Assembly: GCA_951406725.2 (NCBI GenBank)
Contig: OX597815.1
Location: 42,284,001-42,348,000, forward strand
DNA length: 64,000 nucleotides
From: Octopus vulgaris
Taxonomy: Eukaryota
Direction: 5' to 3'
Positions 1-12,670 of the stretch are shown here, piece after piece. Within the stretch, counting starts at the first letter, position 1, and every line of letters starts with the position of its first letter. The position numbers and the translations under genes were made by a program. The notes beneath the pieces were generated by a model. It saw nothing but the letters and a program-made list of their open reading frames with translations. It was not told the origin of the DNA and did not search any database.

Positions 1-58
1 CTATCTATCTATCTATGTGCTTTTTTGTCCTCTTTCTTTCATTTTACGATCCCTTTTG

Positions 59-143
<85 letters not shown>

Positions 144-170
144 GTGTGTGTGTGTGTGTGTGCGTGTGTG
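1..170. repeat. (TATC)n then (TG)n microsatellites
   Basis: Directly visible tracts; they explain the ORFs at 15-368. Confidence 0.95.
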
Positions 171-210
171 GCTGTGTCTGCGTTTGTCCCGCCATCACCA
201 CCTACACATC

Positions 211-500
211 AAAACAGGAGATTGGAGAAAACTTTTGGCACTATTTATTCACTATTGCACGTGCTTCATATGCTAATAGGAGTAATAAAAATTGTACATG
301 AAGGAAAAACATGTAAGATATCTCTTATTAGAATTTCTCCTGACAGAGAATCAAATAATATTATTTGATTCTCTGTCTGAAAAAAGTTCTATGAGATACC
401 TTACATGTTTTCCCCCCATTCATAATTTTGTTACTGATATCAGTAAATGAAACAAGTGTAATAGTGAGTAAATAGTGCCATTTTACCAATTCCTTGTTTT
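211..500. repeat. Imperfect ~290 bp palindrome (fold-back element)
   Basis: Centre gacagagaatcaaataat|attatttgattctctgtc near 360; outer arms tggcactatttattcactatt / aatagtgagtaaatagtgcca. Confidence 0.85.
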
Positions 501-520
501 AATATATATATATTTACGAA

Positions 521-674
<154 letters not shown>

Positions 675-717
675 AAAGGTGGTGTGTGTTTCCACGCAGG
701 AAAAAATATAGGCAAAT

Positions 718-1953
718 TTGTTGTTAAAAATGCTCCTAAATTTGGAAAACTTGTAATTGTTTAAAATACATTTATTTACATACTAGCAGTATCGCCCGGC
801 GTTGCTCGGGTTTGTAAGGGAAATAACTATATAAGCATTTTTAAAGAGTTATAGCAAAAAAATGCATTAAAAATGGAATAAAAAATGATGGTAATTTTTT
901 TTAAATCGTTGACTCATCGTAGACGTTTTTAGAGAGTTACTTCCCTTATATAATAGCGAAAAAATGCATTAAAATGGAAAAAATGATGGTAAATTTTTTT
1001 TTAAATCGTAGACTCATGTAGACGCTTTCTTAGCCATTTTTGTTTTGGTGTCTTCAAGCCATGAAGTCGTTGTTCTAAAAGAACGGTGGTCTCCTTGACA
1101 ACGCATTACGACGTTGATTTCCTTACACTCCCTTCCCCACAGCTTCCCGAGGGAGGGAAGAAGGGGAGAAGCAACACAGGTGCAGCTGTGAGCGTGGACG
1201 CCAACTCCGCCGCCATCGACACACGAAAAAATATGCATTAAAATGGAATAAAAAATTATGTTAAATTATTTTAAAAATCGTAGACTTATCGCAGACGCGC
1301 GCTAATACCCAGACGGGCTCGATATGAATAACGACTATAAGATACCCGAATTTGGTTAAACTGCACCGCAAAATGTGGGAGTAGTTAGGAATCTAAATCG
1401 AAGTGGACAGACACTCACACAACTACAGTTTTATATATATATAGATATACCAAACTAGTTTCAACAATATTTTTTGTTTATCAATGGTAAAATTTTTAAA
1501 TTATGAATCAGAAAAACATCTTTAAAAGTTTCTAGGAAAGAGGATCAGTGAAACTGTAAACCAAATTCCCTTTTTTTACTTTCTTCATTTCTCCCTTGTT
1601 TTTTCCCTTCTTAACTCAGTATGACTGAAACTTCGATGATATTCATTTCTTGTCGATTACTACTAACACTAATGAGCTTCGTACATTCAAACAAATTGAT
1701 GTACAGTTTTAATATTATTGACTGCTATAAACATTTAAACCTGTCAACACTGACATTCCTATACCTGTCCTCCTAATTCATAATTCTAAATTTGTCTCTT
1801 ATGAACATTTTAATTTGCCAACATTGAAACTTTTAAAGATGTTTTTTTTTAATTCATAAACAAAAAATATTGTTGAAACTAGATTGGTAATATGTGTAAA
1901 TAAACGTATTTTAAACAATTACAAATTTTCCAAATTTAGGTGCATTTTCAACA
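718..1953. repeat. Inverted-repeat (fold-back) element interrupted by a Helitron
   Basis: 718-782 plus 1446-1531 is the approximate reverse complement of 1826-1953. Confidence 0.8.
783..1445 (-). mobile_element. Non-autonomous Helitron, copy 1
   Basis: On the minus strand: 5' TC, 3' CCCGAGCAACGCCGGG hairpin then CTAG; inserted between A and T with no TSD; homologous to 1981-2485 and 54896-55397. Confidence 0.88.
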
Positions 1954-1980
1954 ATCTCTCTCTCTCTCTTTATATATATA

Positions 1981-2485
1981 CTAGCAGTATCGCCCGGCGT
2001 TGCTCGGGTTTGTAAGGGAAATAACTATATAAGCATTTTTAGAGAGTTACTTCCCTTATAAATTCGGGCTTTCTTAGCCATTTTTGTTTTGGTGTCTTCA
2101 AGCCATGAAGTCGTTGTTCTAAAAGAACGCTGGTTTCCTTCACAATGCATTACGACGTTGATTTCTTTACACTCCCTTCCCCACAGCTTCACGAGGGAGG
2201 GAAGGGGGAGAAGCAAACAGGTGCAGCTGTGAGCGTGGAGCCAACTCCGCCGCCATCGACATACGATGCATTTTATGCATTAAAATGGAATAAAAAATGA
2301 TGTTAAATTATTTTTAAAATCGTAGACTCATCGTTGACGCGCGCTAATAGTCAGACAGGCTCGATATGAATCACGACTATAAGATACCCGAATTTGGTTA
2401 AACTGCACCGCAAAATGTGGGAGGAGTTAGGAATCTAAATCGAAGGGGACAGACACTCACACAACTAGAGTTTTATATATATAGA
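1981..2485 (-). mobile_element. Non-autonomous Helitron, copy 2
   Basis: Same TC...hairpin-CTAG termini, A|T target and body as copy 1. Confidence 0.88.
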
Positions 2486-2502
2486 TATAAATATATATAT
2501 TA

Positions 2503-2648
2503 TAGGCGCAGGCGTGACTGTGTGGTAAGAAGCTTGCTTCCCTACCACATGGTTCAAGATTCAGTGGCACCTTTGGTAAGTGCCTTCTACTATAGCCTCG
2601 GACCGACCGAAGCCTCGTGAGTGGATTTGGTTGACAGAAACTGGAAGA
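2503..2648 (+). mobile_element. tRNA-derived SINE (family A), 5' part
   Basis: aggcgcaggcgtgactgtgtggtaagaagcttgc head; body shared with ~4140-4274 and ~27135-27265. Confidence 0.8.
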
Positions 2649-3288
2649 AACCTGTTCGTCCCCAGACGAAAGACACCTGTTGTCATGTCCTGTTACTAGT
2701 TTTATTGTATTTATTGTATTATATTTGTGTAACATTGTCTGTTTTCCCGTCTTTGTTTTTGTATACATTCGATGCTTTCTTCTAATGATTCTAATGCTCT
2801 TAGCTTAGTTTTTCCTTGGGGCTGGCCAGATTGGAGCAATCTCAAGATTAAATAGCCGAAATTGCGAGGATGATCTGGTTCTTGACTGAGGATAGAAAGC
2901 TTCTAATGACTCGTCCTTGTTTTTTTGTATAGTCTATCTGGATGTTTTGTTGTCCTTTTTGTATCACCTAGTTGTCTGGATGTTTTGCGTTCTTGTCTTC
3001 GAAAACAGTTGCTCCCATAACTTCCAAAATAAAATTTCGGATTTATGGAGGGTCAAAGTTGGTAACAAAAACAGGACAGTGGAGATATATAAGGAAACTG
3101 AACGAAAACAAACATGGATGACCGTTAGATTAGAACGAGGGGAATAGTGAACGCTGGGACAAATATTTTCTTTGCAAAGGGAAAAGACAGAAGAGAGAGA
3201 TAGAAGACGTTCAGTTCTTAGAACGTTGTGCAAGAAAAGAAAGATGGACACGTGAGGAAAAGAAGGATGGACGATGGTTACGTTGAAC

Positions 3289-3441
<153 letters not shown>

Positions 3442-3519
3442 GACGAATATAAAACGGCGAAGGGGAGTAAAAGGGAATTAGAGTCGCGCTGCAAAGCTGT
3501 ATGGTTTTAAGCGTAGATG

Positions 3520-3810
3520 TCAAACAAAAGTTGTAACTTCCACTGGATTGATCAGGTCTTTGTTTGGATAAGGTGTTCCTAGATCAAAGTTTCAAAGGTT
3601 TTTAACTTGAAGTTGACTCTTCTCACTGGTTAGGCCTGCACACATCACTATCCTTCCAGAGCTCGGGGATCTTCACTCCTACTTACTGAGTTGTTGATGG
3701 ATGGCTAGTGACTCAGCAAAGTTCATCAGCGCTTTGACAGATTTTGTTTTTCATCCTGCAGGGTTTCCGCACCCTCCAAACCATCCTCCTTACTAAAGTA
3801 GACTTTGTAG
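3520..3810 (-). mobile_element. Possible decayed PLE GIY-YIG C-terminal remnant
   Basis: Minus-strand FDLGTPYPN resembles the IFxLGTLxPxGLN end of PLE ORFs; heavily degraded. Confidence 0.35.
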
Positions 3811-4139
3811 AGTTAGTGGTTTAGTAATTGACGGCCCAACAGAGCGACAGGTTGTACTGCGTTGCATGCATACATACATACATACATACATACATACATA
3901 CATGTGTATATGTGCGCGAACGCATCTGCATGTGTGTGTATTTTTGTGTATTTATCTGTGTATTTGATACAAATATTTTGAAATACAAGAGTCCATAATG
4001 CTTTATTATATTTACACAATACGATAAATTAAAAAAAAATGTATCATCAATTTGATCTATTCCTTGTACATTGGTGATTTGAATGATTTCGTTCTTCATG
4101 AATCTCGGAACGCGAATAAGCCTCCATCTGAACCTGGAC

Positions 4140-4388
4140 CAAAAACAATGGTACATAATTTCATAGGTTCAGTCCCACTGCGTGACATCTTGGGCAAGTG
4201 CCTTCTACTATAGCCTCGGGCCAACTTAAGCCTTGTGAGTGGATTTGTTAGAGGGAAACTGAAAGAGGTCCGTCGGCCATATCACGTTGAAAGCACCGGT
4301 TCTCGTCCGATCACCGAAGTTAAGCAACATCGAGACTTGTTAGTACTTAGATGGGTGACCGCTTGGGAAACCTAGGTACTGTAAGCAT

Positions 4389-4440
<52 letters not shown>

Positions 4441-4655
4441 CGTGTGTCTTTATGTCATCACCGATTGACAACCGGTGTTGGTATGCTTACGTCTCCGAAA
4501 CTTAGCGGTTCGGCAAAAGAAACCGATAGGATAAGTATAAGATTTGAAAAGAAAATAGTCCTGTGATCGATTTGTTCAACTAAAACTCTTCAAGGCATGC
4601 CCCAGTATGATGGCTGTCAAATGACTGAAACAAGTAAAAATTAAAAGATGAAAGA
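4140..4655 (+). mobile_element. Family A SINE carrying a 5S rRNA insert and (TA)n
   Basis: 5' half ggttcagtcccactgcgtgacatcttgggcaagtg; 3' half cttagcggttcggcaaaagaaaccgatagg...gactgaaacaagtaaaa. Confidence 0.8.
4274..4387 (+). pseudogene. 5S rRNA pseudogene (near full length)
   Basis: cggccatatcacgttgaaagcaccggttctcgtccgatcaccgaagttaagcaac...ttagtacttagatgggtgaccgcttgggaa...gtaagc matches metazoan 5S including the internal control region; ~5 nt missing at the 5' end, no oligo-T terminator. Confidence 0.92.
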
Positions 4656-5938
4656 TATAATTATAGAATAATGAATCCTTACAAATTTGTGTAAATGTAT
4701 ATTTTTAATAATTGGGTATAATTTGTTAACGTGAAGTATTAATAGTTAGGTTAACTGGGTTATGTCCCTTATTTAAATACAAATAATAAAATTCTAACAA
4801 ATGCAAGAAGAAAAACTCACAAAAACAACAAAAAATATCCAAAAGTTTGAGAAACCCATTCATACTGTGTGAGCCTAAACCGTAATTTATTTAGCCTATA
4901 CCTAAAACTGGCTCCACCAAAAACATAAACCAGACAATGAAATATTGATAGAAATGTATTTTCGCCTAGCAGAACGTCGATTATTCGCTCTCATCTAGTT
5001 ATTGAAGCTACGGAAAAAAAGAAGAAACAATAAAGCAATGATGTTTCTTACTATTGGTTTCGTAGAAAGAGCCGTGATAACCAATGTATTTGTCAGTTAT
5101 ACAGCACATCTAAGACTGGAGGCAATAAGCTCTGCCAATACTTATAAATACACGTACTTATATTTAGATTGACTGGGTCGTTAAGTATCAAGAATTTTTG
5201 AGAAGGACAATGTACATCACATTAACGGCTTTCACAATTATAGACTGATAAGCGTATGGATAAAAGAGAGAGAGAGAGAGGGGAGGTGGGTAAGAGACTG
5301 TAATGAATATAAGTGAGAGAAATAGTATGTGTGTGTTTATGTTAGCATTGTTGTTTAAGCCTTGATTAGACTTGATCAAGTAGACCTTGATAATCCTGTC
5401 TTTTTGCATATTCAAGGTTATTTCAGTTTACTGCCATTTTGCTCTTAAGACGGTCATGCGAGGACGATTCGGTTGCTCCTCTTAACAGCTCGAGCAGCTG
5501 CATCACTTGTTGGACTGTGTGTGCACATGTATTTGTTTGCGCATTGCACTTATGTGTGTATATGTGAATATGTGTGTGTGTATGTGTGTATATGTGTATG
5601 TGTGTGTGTATGTGCTGTGTGTGTTTGTGTGTATTACCTTCGAAACGCGGAGTAGACGAAACAGGGACAACTGAAGAAGGGAAATATTCCTTGTGTTGTA
5701 TGTCTTGTACTCTGTTTTTCGTTTGAAAAAAAAGTTCGTTTCCATGTATGTGTTTTTATGTTTTCGTTTCTCATTGTGTTCAACGTTTTTTGATGTCCTG
5801 TACCCATATATGCATGTATATATACATATAGATGTAGGTATGTACCTATATGTATGTATATATGCATATATTTATATATTATTTATATCATTATATGATC
5901 GAACGCCACGCATCCTCTTCCAAGTATATATATATATA

Positions 5939-5988
<50 letters not shown>

Positions 5989-6004
5989 TGTGTGTGCATG
6001 TGTG

Positions 6005-6057
<53 letters not shown>

Positions 6058-6735
6058 CATCAAGTACGTCTGTCAAGTGAGTTGCTTGTGCCATATTTCA
6101 TTTATTGCGATTAGATTTGACAGACACTAGTATGTTGCTGGGTATATCTTGATGTACTACAGATATGAATGAAACGAGAGTTTTCCTAGACGAACTGAAT
6201 ATCTGCTTATTGACAACTTACATTATACATACATACATAAATACATAAATACATACATACATAAATATATACATACATACATATATACGTACATACATAC
6301 GTACATAATATGATGGAAGCTCAATGACGAATATCTCTTATTAATGAGCTGCCGAGCAAAGAAGAGATTTTAGCCCGGATAATGATCTGCGGCTTTTACT
6401 ACAACTCTTTTCAGTTAAATGTCTCTTCGCAATTTCATGCATTGCATAATCACGACATTTGGTATTGCATACAAATATATCTGTTCAGACTACCACCAAC
6501 ATACGTACAAGCATGCATTTATACATACGTTTCGAAAAAAAAAAAAAACTTTTAAAATTGAAGAATTGGAAATAACGATAAAATATTTAGTACATAAAAA
6601 GGAAAAGGATGAAGGTAGACACTGATGTAACATCTAATGTATACTTCTGTGGAATTAATACCAATGATGTAACCCACATCATATGCAGCTTTCCGAAAAT
6701 GGCATTATGATACTACACCGTAAGCTCCAATTATG

Positions 6736-6970
6736 AAGGCGGTGAGCTGGCGGAAACGTTAGCACGCCGGGCGAAATGCGTAGCCGTATTTCGTCTGCCG
6801 CTACGTTCTGAGTTCAAATTCCGCCGAGGTCGACTTTGCCTTTCATCCTTTCGGGGTCGATTAAGTAAGTACCAGTTACGCACTGGGGTCGATATAATCG
6901 ACTTAATCCGTTTGTCTGTCCTTGTTTGTCCCCTCTATGTTTAGCCCCTTGTGAGTAGTAAAGAAATAGG
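6736..6970 (+). mobile_element. tRNA-derived SINE (family B), full length
   Basis: A-box-like gagctggcggaaacg, B-box gagttcaaattcc, body gactttgcctttcatcctttcggggtcgat; direct repeat gg(c/t)attatgatacta at 6701 and 6969. Confidence 0.88.
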
Positions 6971-7649
6971 TATTATGATACTATCTGCCTAGCTTAATGC
7001 TGAGTTTCAAACACTATATTTACAATTCGTAGAAAGGATAGTTATTAAGATACATAATATAAGAAGGAATACTGATGTAACGTACCCAGTAAAACCTCTG
7101 TAAAATGTAAACACAGCGGACTAGACATGATTAATTATTTGTGTTAGAAAAGGAAGCATGAGAATAAGTGCAGTAGTTAGTACTCAACTGTTCAGCATTC
7201 GTTAACTACGTTAAAAGGAAAATGACATGAAAAAGTTATGGCGAATAAATGATAAAAATGTAGATATAACAGGTGGATCACAACTTGAAATTTCATTTCT
7301 GTAATTATTGGGTAAGAACTGCATCAGCTTACAATCATGAAAAGCTTGGCTTTACAAAGCCAGATATGATACAGCTAATTGGAAAATTACAATTTCAGGT
7401 TATTAATTAAATTGTAAAAGTAAAGCATTGTCGTATTTTAGGCTATAATATGTACGCATACACACTTAGAGACCTATGTACACATAAGTCAAAACGGATT
7501 CATATAGTCTATGGCATGCTCGAATGCACATACAAGTATAGGCAATATTTAGTTTATTTATTGTTTTAGTCATTACTATTCCAAGTCACGTTAAAGCACT
7601 GATTTTAGAGACTATGTTCTTTTTGTTGCCACTCCGTATATACACTGGT

Positions 7650-8030
7650 CTGATGGGGAAAGTTTTTAGTGGCGTACGTGGAATCTCTAGGTGTGGATCA
7701 ACGAGTTGGTTGAGCCTGCTTTGATTTTGTTTGTAACATTTTGCAGGTGACTAGAAATAAATGTTGGGAAACCTTGGTTATATTTCGCAATCATTTTGGA
7801 AGTGGTTGTACAACAGGGGACTTTTAAATTGCGCACTGTTGCTGTATAGGTTCTTTCCTACTTCGAGAATACGAAGTAAGGGGAATAAGATCTAACAAAA
7901 CCGTTCCATTCTTTATGAGTTGTTTCTTTTGAATGCCAAAGTTCAGAACAAAACTTTCGAGAATCTTCCACATATATTTTGGAGATATACTTACGCAGCA
8001 AGTGACTTGATTTGAGACCGTGTGTTGAAA
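7650..8030 (-). mobile_element. CR1-like LINE 3' remnant
   Basis: YMWKILESFVLNFGI parallels ILEGLLPNFGI of the element at 53.7-54.8 kb. Confidence 0.55.
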
Positions 8031-8031
8031 C

Positions 8032-9124
8032 TGAAGCTCCAATACAAACATTTCAGAGTGCTTGGGTGTAAATCTGACAACAGTGAAGAGGATTCGGAAA
8101 CAATTGGATGAGTCTAATGGTGATTACGAAGGTGCGGCAGCTCGGAAAATTCACTCTGATCGATCTAAGAACAGAACTCCTCAGTTTGTTGGTAAGATCC
8201 TTGCCATGATTGACAACGATCCCTCTAAGTCCGTCGGGTCCATCGTCAGAGACATGGCAGTGTCTGAGTTTCTTATCAGGCAGGTAGGGCATGAAGACAT
8301 TCGGTATTCTTCATACAAGATGAGAAAGGGCCAATTTTTATCACTAGCCATCAAGGACAAGAGGAAAGATCGCGCTACGAAGCTTTTGAACAAACTCAAG
8401 CATCCCCTCCAACCGAACATGCTTTGGTTATTCTCAGACGAGAAAAGTTTCTGCCAGGATCAGATGATGAATTCTCAGAACAATCATTGGCTTGCCGTGT
8501 CCCCAAAACATGTACCGAGAATGATAAAAATCAAACATCTAGTCAGCATAATGGTGTTTTGAGCGATAACTAGTTACGGCGACGTTATGCCTCCATTCAT
8601 CTTCCCACACGGCATCAGACTTAACACTGAGGCCTAAATCAAGTGTCTGGAAGAGGTACGGCTACCCTTGGCCTAGAGGGTGGCTGCTGGAAGATCTTAA
8701 GTCTGGCAACAGGATTCTGCACCATACTACACAAGCAAGAGAACCCAACCATGACTGTTAGACAATTTCTGCGACCACACCACCCCTAACATCTGGCCAC
8801 CTAACTCCCTATACTGCAACCCCATTGATTATTGTGTGAGGCGCAGTTGAGTGAGAGACCAGCAAAACTCCTTCTGAAACCAAAGATGAACTGAAGGCAA
8901 GGATTATGGCAGCAATCATCAACTTAACTCCAGAAGAGTTGTAGGATATTCCAAAGACGTCTTGAGGCCGTGGTTGAAGCCAATGGCAATTTTATTGAAT
9001 AAATTGACTCTTTAGTATTTCAAGATATTTTTATGTAATTTTGGTGAATATATCTTAAAATGAGATGTGAGCATTATTTTCATTTTTGCGTAATTTAGAC
9101 GACAATTTATTCACAACACTCTGT
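8032..9124 (+). mobile_element. maT (DD37D) Tc1/mariner transposon, decayed, 5'-truncated
   Basis: FSDEK, QQDSAP and WPPNS..NPIDY motifs, 37 residues between 2nd and 3rd D; in-frame stops; right end ...cacaacactctg|TA. Confidence 0.88.
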
Positions 9125-9283
9125 ATATATACATACATATATGTATATACGTATACATACACATATGTGAACATACATACATTCATCCATCCATCCATCC
9201 ATCCATCCATCCATCCATCCATACATACATACATATATACACACATACACACACACACATACATACATACATACATACATACA

Positions 9284-9315
<32 letters not shown>

Positions 9316-10112
9316 CACACACACACATTTAACAGAACAAGGAGTACAATGAAGTATACATATATATATGTATACATACATTACTTATATATATGCATAA
9401 ATACATCATGTATGTATGTATAGATGGATGGATGTGTGCATGTATGTACATATGAATGTATGTATGGTATCTTGATTCTTAATGCCTGGGGTAAGTTATA
9501 CGCTCAATTTTGCATAGATAAAGTGCTGCCCTTTGACATAGACCTTTTTTGCAGCCAAAGACTAAGGAAGACAGCACAAAAAGAAACTAGGCCACGTGAC
9601 AATACTGAAATTCAGTGATTGCTCGTTTGTAATTTTCAACGTCTTTTAGCAAGCCACTACAGGCTTCCCCATTCTTGTTGTTGAGGAACAATTGATGCTC
9701 TCGAAAAAGTGTTGCTTGTGACTTGCAAAAGTTTTTATCATTTAAGTAAATAGAAGAAAAATTCTTTTAAGCAGCCAGCATTGTTATGCACACCTACACA
9801 AACCCAGCAGGTAAAACTGCGCTGAATGATCAGAATTACCATCAGCAATGATAAATAAATTAGGTATCTTATTACTTACAATGTTAGCTCAATGGAATGT
9901 TATGAAATAGGGCAAATGTGAAATCGCAGACATACCTGAAAGACGTAACGCATTGGTAGTAGGTGGAGTCAGAGAAGTAATGCAATGTTAAAACCTTTCA
10001 ATTGGTCGCAGTTAATAAGTATGCAGACTACACTAAAACACAAAAATGATGCTACAGATAAACAAAAAAACGACGGTATACATATATGTTTGTATGTATG
10101 TATATCTCTTTA

Positions 10113-10170
<58 letters not shown>

Positions 10171-10268
10171 TAAAAACGGTAAGATAACAAAAGAAAAAAA
10201 GAGACCTCAATATTATGTAAATAGTGGAATTTATCTGTAATTTATCTTGGCTACCGTATATTTGTCAC

Positions 10269-10317
<49 letters not shown>

Positions 10318-10345
10318 GTTTTAAAATAGTGGTTTTGTCTCGAAT

Positions 10346-10396
<51 letters not shown>

Positions 10397-10599
10397 CAAA
10401 ATAAGGGTTGGTATTTTAAATTGTATGGAGAATACCATACTAAATTCTGGTGCCTCAACTTAAGTACCATATTCATCTGAATCTAAATTTTTACTGAACA
10501 TATTTTGTTTTTCTTTTTATTTTGTTTGATTCATTTGACTGCAGCCATGCTAGAGCACCGCCTTTAGTCGAACAAATCGACCCCAGTACTTATATATAT

Positions 10600-10905
10600 A
10601 TGTTGTTGTATTTAGGAATGGTCATGTTGCCAGTTTAGCCAATAAAACACACGCACTATATATTTGATGTTAATGTGCTTCAGCTTTATTTATTTTTTAC
10701 ATTAATCTTAATCTTATTTCGGCCAGAGTTTTCTCGGCACACTTCTGTGACCTCATCAGTGGTCCCTTGCTTTCTTCCTTCTTATTTGTGTGTCTCTCCT
10801 TACTAACGGTCAGCCATTTTGGCTAAACTGGCAACATGACCATTCGTAAATACAACAACATCTGTTTCAACACACGATTTCACATCAAAAATCTTAGAAA
10901 ACAAA
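10600..10905. mobile_element. Fold-back element with hammerhead-like motif and one-sided tail
   Basis: 43 bp inverted repeats 10600-10642/10819-10861; tail 10862-10905; minus-strand CUGAUGA motif at ~10721-10765; homologous to 25557-25999. Confidence 0.7.
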
Positions 10906-11192
10906 TATATATATATATATATAAATATTTATATATATATATATATATACACATTTATATAAATAAGTATAAGATCGTTATTTAAATATCGAACTTATCA
11001 AGTGGCCAGCAATGGGGATAAAAACCTACAAAGGTAATAATTATTATTAAAATTATAATTTAGGGTATCTAAGAGTTAAACCACGCTTGAAATAGCAGCC
11101 AAAACTTGACTCTAAAACCACATTAAAAGTTCATACAGCACCAGGAGAGAAGACAAAAAGACAAAATAAACTAGCAAAAAAATTACTGGATA

Positions 11193-11250
11193 ATTCCAGA
11201 TCCCGGATTTCTGACCCTGCGTAAGAAATGCTTTGCCTCATCAGTGGAAT
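11193..11250 (-). ncRNA. Minimal type I hammerhead ribozyme motif
   Basis: AUUCCA-CUGAUGA-GGC..GUCA-GAAA-UCCGGG-AUC-UGGAAU: perfect 6 bp stem I, intact core, stem III AUC/GAU, AUC cleavage triplet. Confidence 0.75.
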
Positions 11251-11297
11251 ATACGCATAACACACACACACATACACGCACATGCACACACACACAT

Positions 11298-11570
11298 AGT
11301 GAGAATTTACAAGAAAACAAAAGACGAAGATGGGTGTGTAATCAACAAACAGATGTATCAGTTTAATGCTCGGGAAGTGAAAAAGTCTTTTACGTTTCGA
11401 GCCTACGCTCTTCGACAGACAGGAACACTGAAATAAACAGGGAGAAAAAATGAAAAAGGTTTAATGGCTAGCGATCCATCATAGCGAATGCCGGACACAG
11501 GGGTCACATAGGAGCGCTAGGAAGGAGGGGAGATAATAAAGTAGTGTTGATCCCAAAACGAAGGTGCAAC
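11298..11570 (-). mobile_element. PLE-terminal-repeat-like element with variant hammerhead motif
   Basis: CUGUCGA-A-GAGC-GUAG-GCUC-GAAAC-GUA at ~11385-11425; same family at 58803-59005, related motif at 25177-25214. Confidence 0.6.
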
Positions 11571-11814
11571 TGCGTGAGTATGTGAGAGCGTGTATGTGCG
11601 TGTGGAAGTGGGATGGTGACCTTGACGTGTGTGCATGTGTAGGTGTGTGGATGATGGTGAAGGTGATGGGAAGTGGTCAGTGCTAGTGTGTGCGCCCGTG
11701 TGGGTGCTGGGAAGTTGGCAGTGCTAGTGTGTGCAGGGTGGTGTGATGTGGTGTGATAGAGCAGTGTCTTACTGAAACACATATGGGCTTCTATTGCATA
11801 CACTGTCTATCCAA

Positions 11815-12670
11815 GACTACTTAATTATTTCCAGGACCTCAATGTAGGCGGCAGAATTAACTCTAAGGCCTTGTGGAAAGAAGTAAGGAGGCATCACATG
11901 TCCTTCATTGCTGACAACCCTTGAAGCCATGACAGTTGCTGGAAATTTCGTATGCATAACACTTGGAACTGCAGAAGAGTCTGCACATAATGATCTGTCG
12001 TTTCTTCTGATAACTTTTTGATCTTGGTCGAAGTTTTTCTCGTTTGAGAAAAACCAAATCAAATCTTCTGCTGGATTTTTCAGCTTCTTTAAGATCCTTT
12101 TAGATCTGATGTAGACCTTTCCTCATCATATAAGACTTGTATCTGATGTCTTCGTGGACAACATTTCTGACTGTTACTTCTGATACATAGAGATCTTTTG
12201 CAATTGATCTCATGGAATTTCTGGAATTGTAATCAATGGTCTGTTAAACTTGTTGGATAAATTACGGTCTTCTGATGATTACAGAGCGTTTAGAATGCTT
12301 TTTGTGCTTTGATACTGGTGAAACGCTTGCATCTTCAGTCTCTAGCTCCTTACAAATTTTATAAACGAAAGATCTGGCAACTTTCAAAAATCGAGATATT
12401 TCTAAATCGCTATGCTCAGCCTTTATAACCACAATAACAGTATGCTTCTTCATTTCTTGAGTAAGCTGAAGGCCTGCCATTATTATTTTCTGAGACAAAG
12501 ATTATAGAGTTAGCAAAAAATGCAGCAATGACCCCAAAAGTGTATGTCCTTAAATACCTTACGCACCCTCACAAAAACTGGTATTGCCAGTTGGCAACAC
12601 CAGGCTGTAGCTGGCATAATAAAATAGGAGCTTTAATATGTGTTTTCAAAACGTTTTTCGGAAATGATCT
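11815..12670 (-). mobile_element. maT-like transposase remnant (second family)
   Basis: HTH-like ORF 12262-12498 and FSNEKNF..HTKFPATVM..VVSNEGHVMPP in ORF 11817-12062. Confidence 0.8.

Noticed and set aside
4274-4387. Functional 5S rRNA gene
   Set aside because: 5' end missing, substitutions in helices, no oligo-T terminator, single copy inside a SINE.
5635-5695. Hammerhead at ctgaagaagggaaatattcctt
   Set aside because: CUGAAGA and stem II are present but no GAAA or stem III follows.
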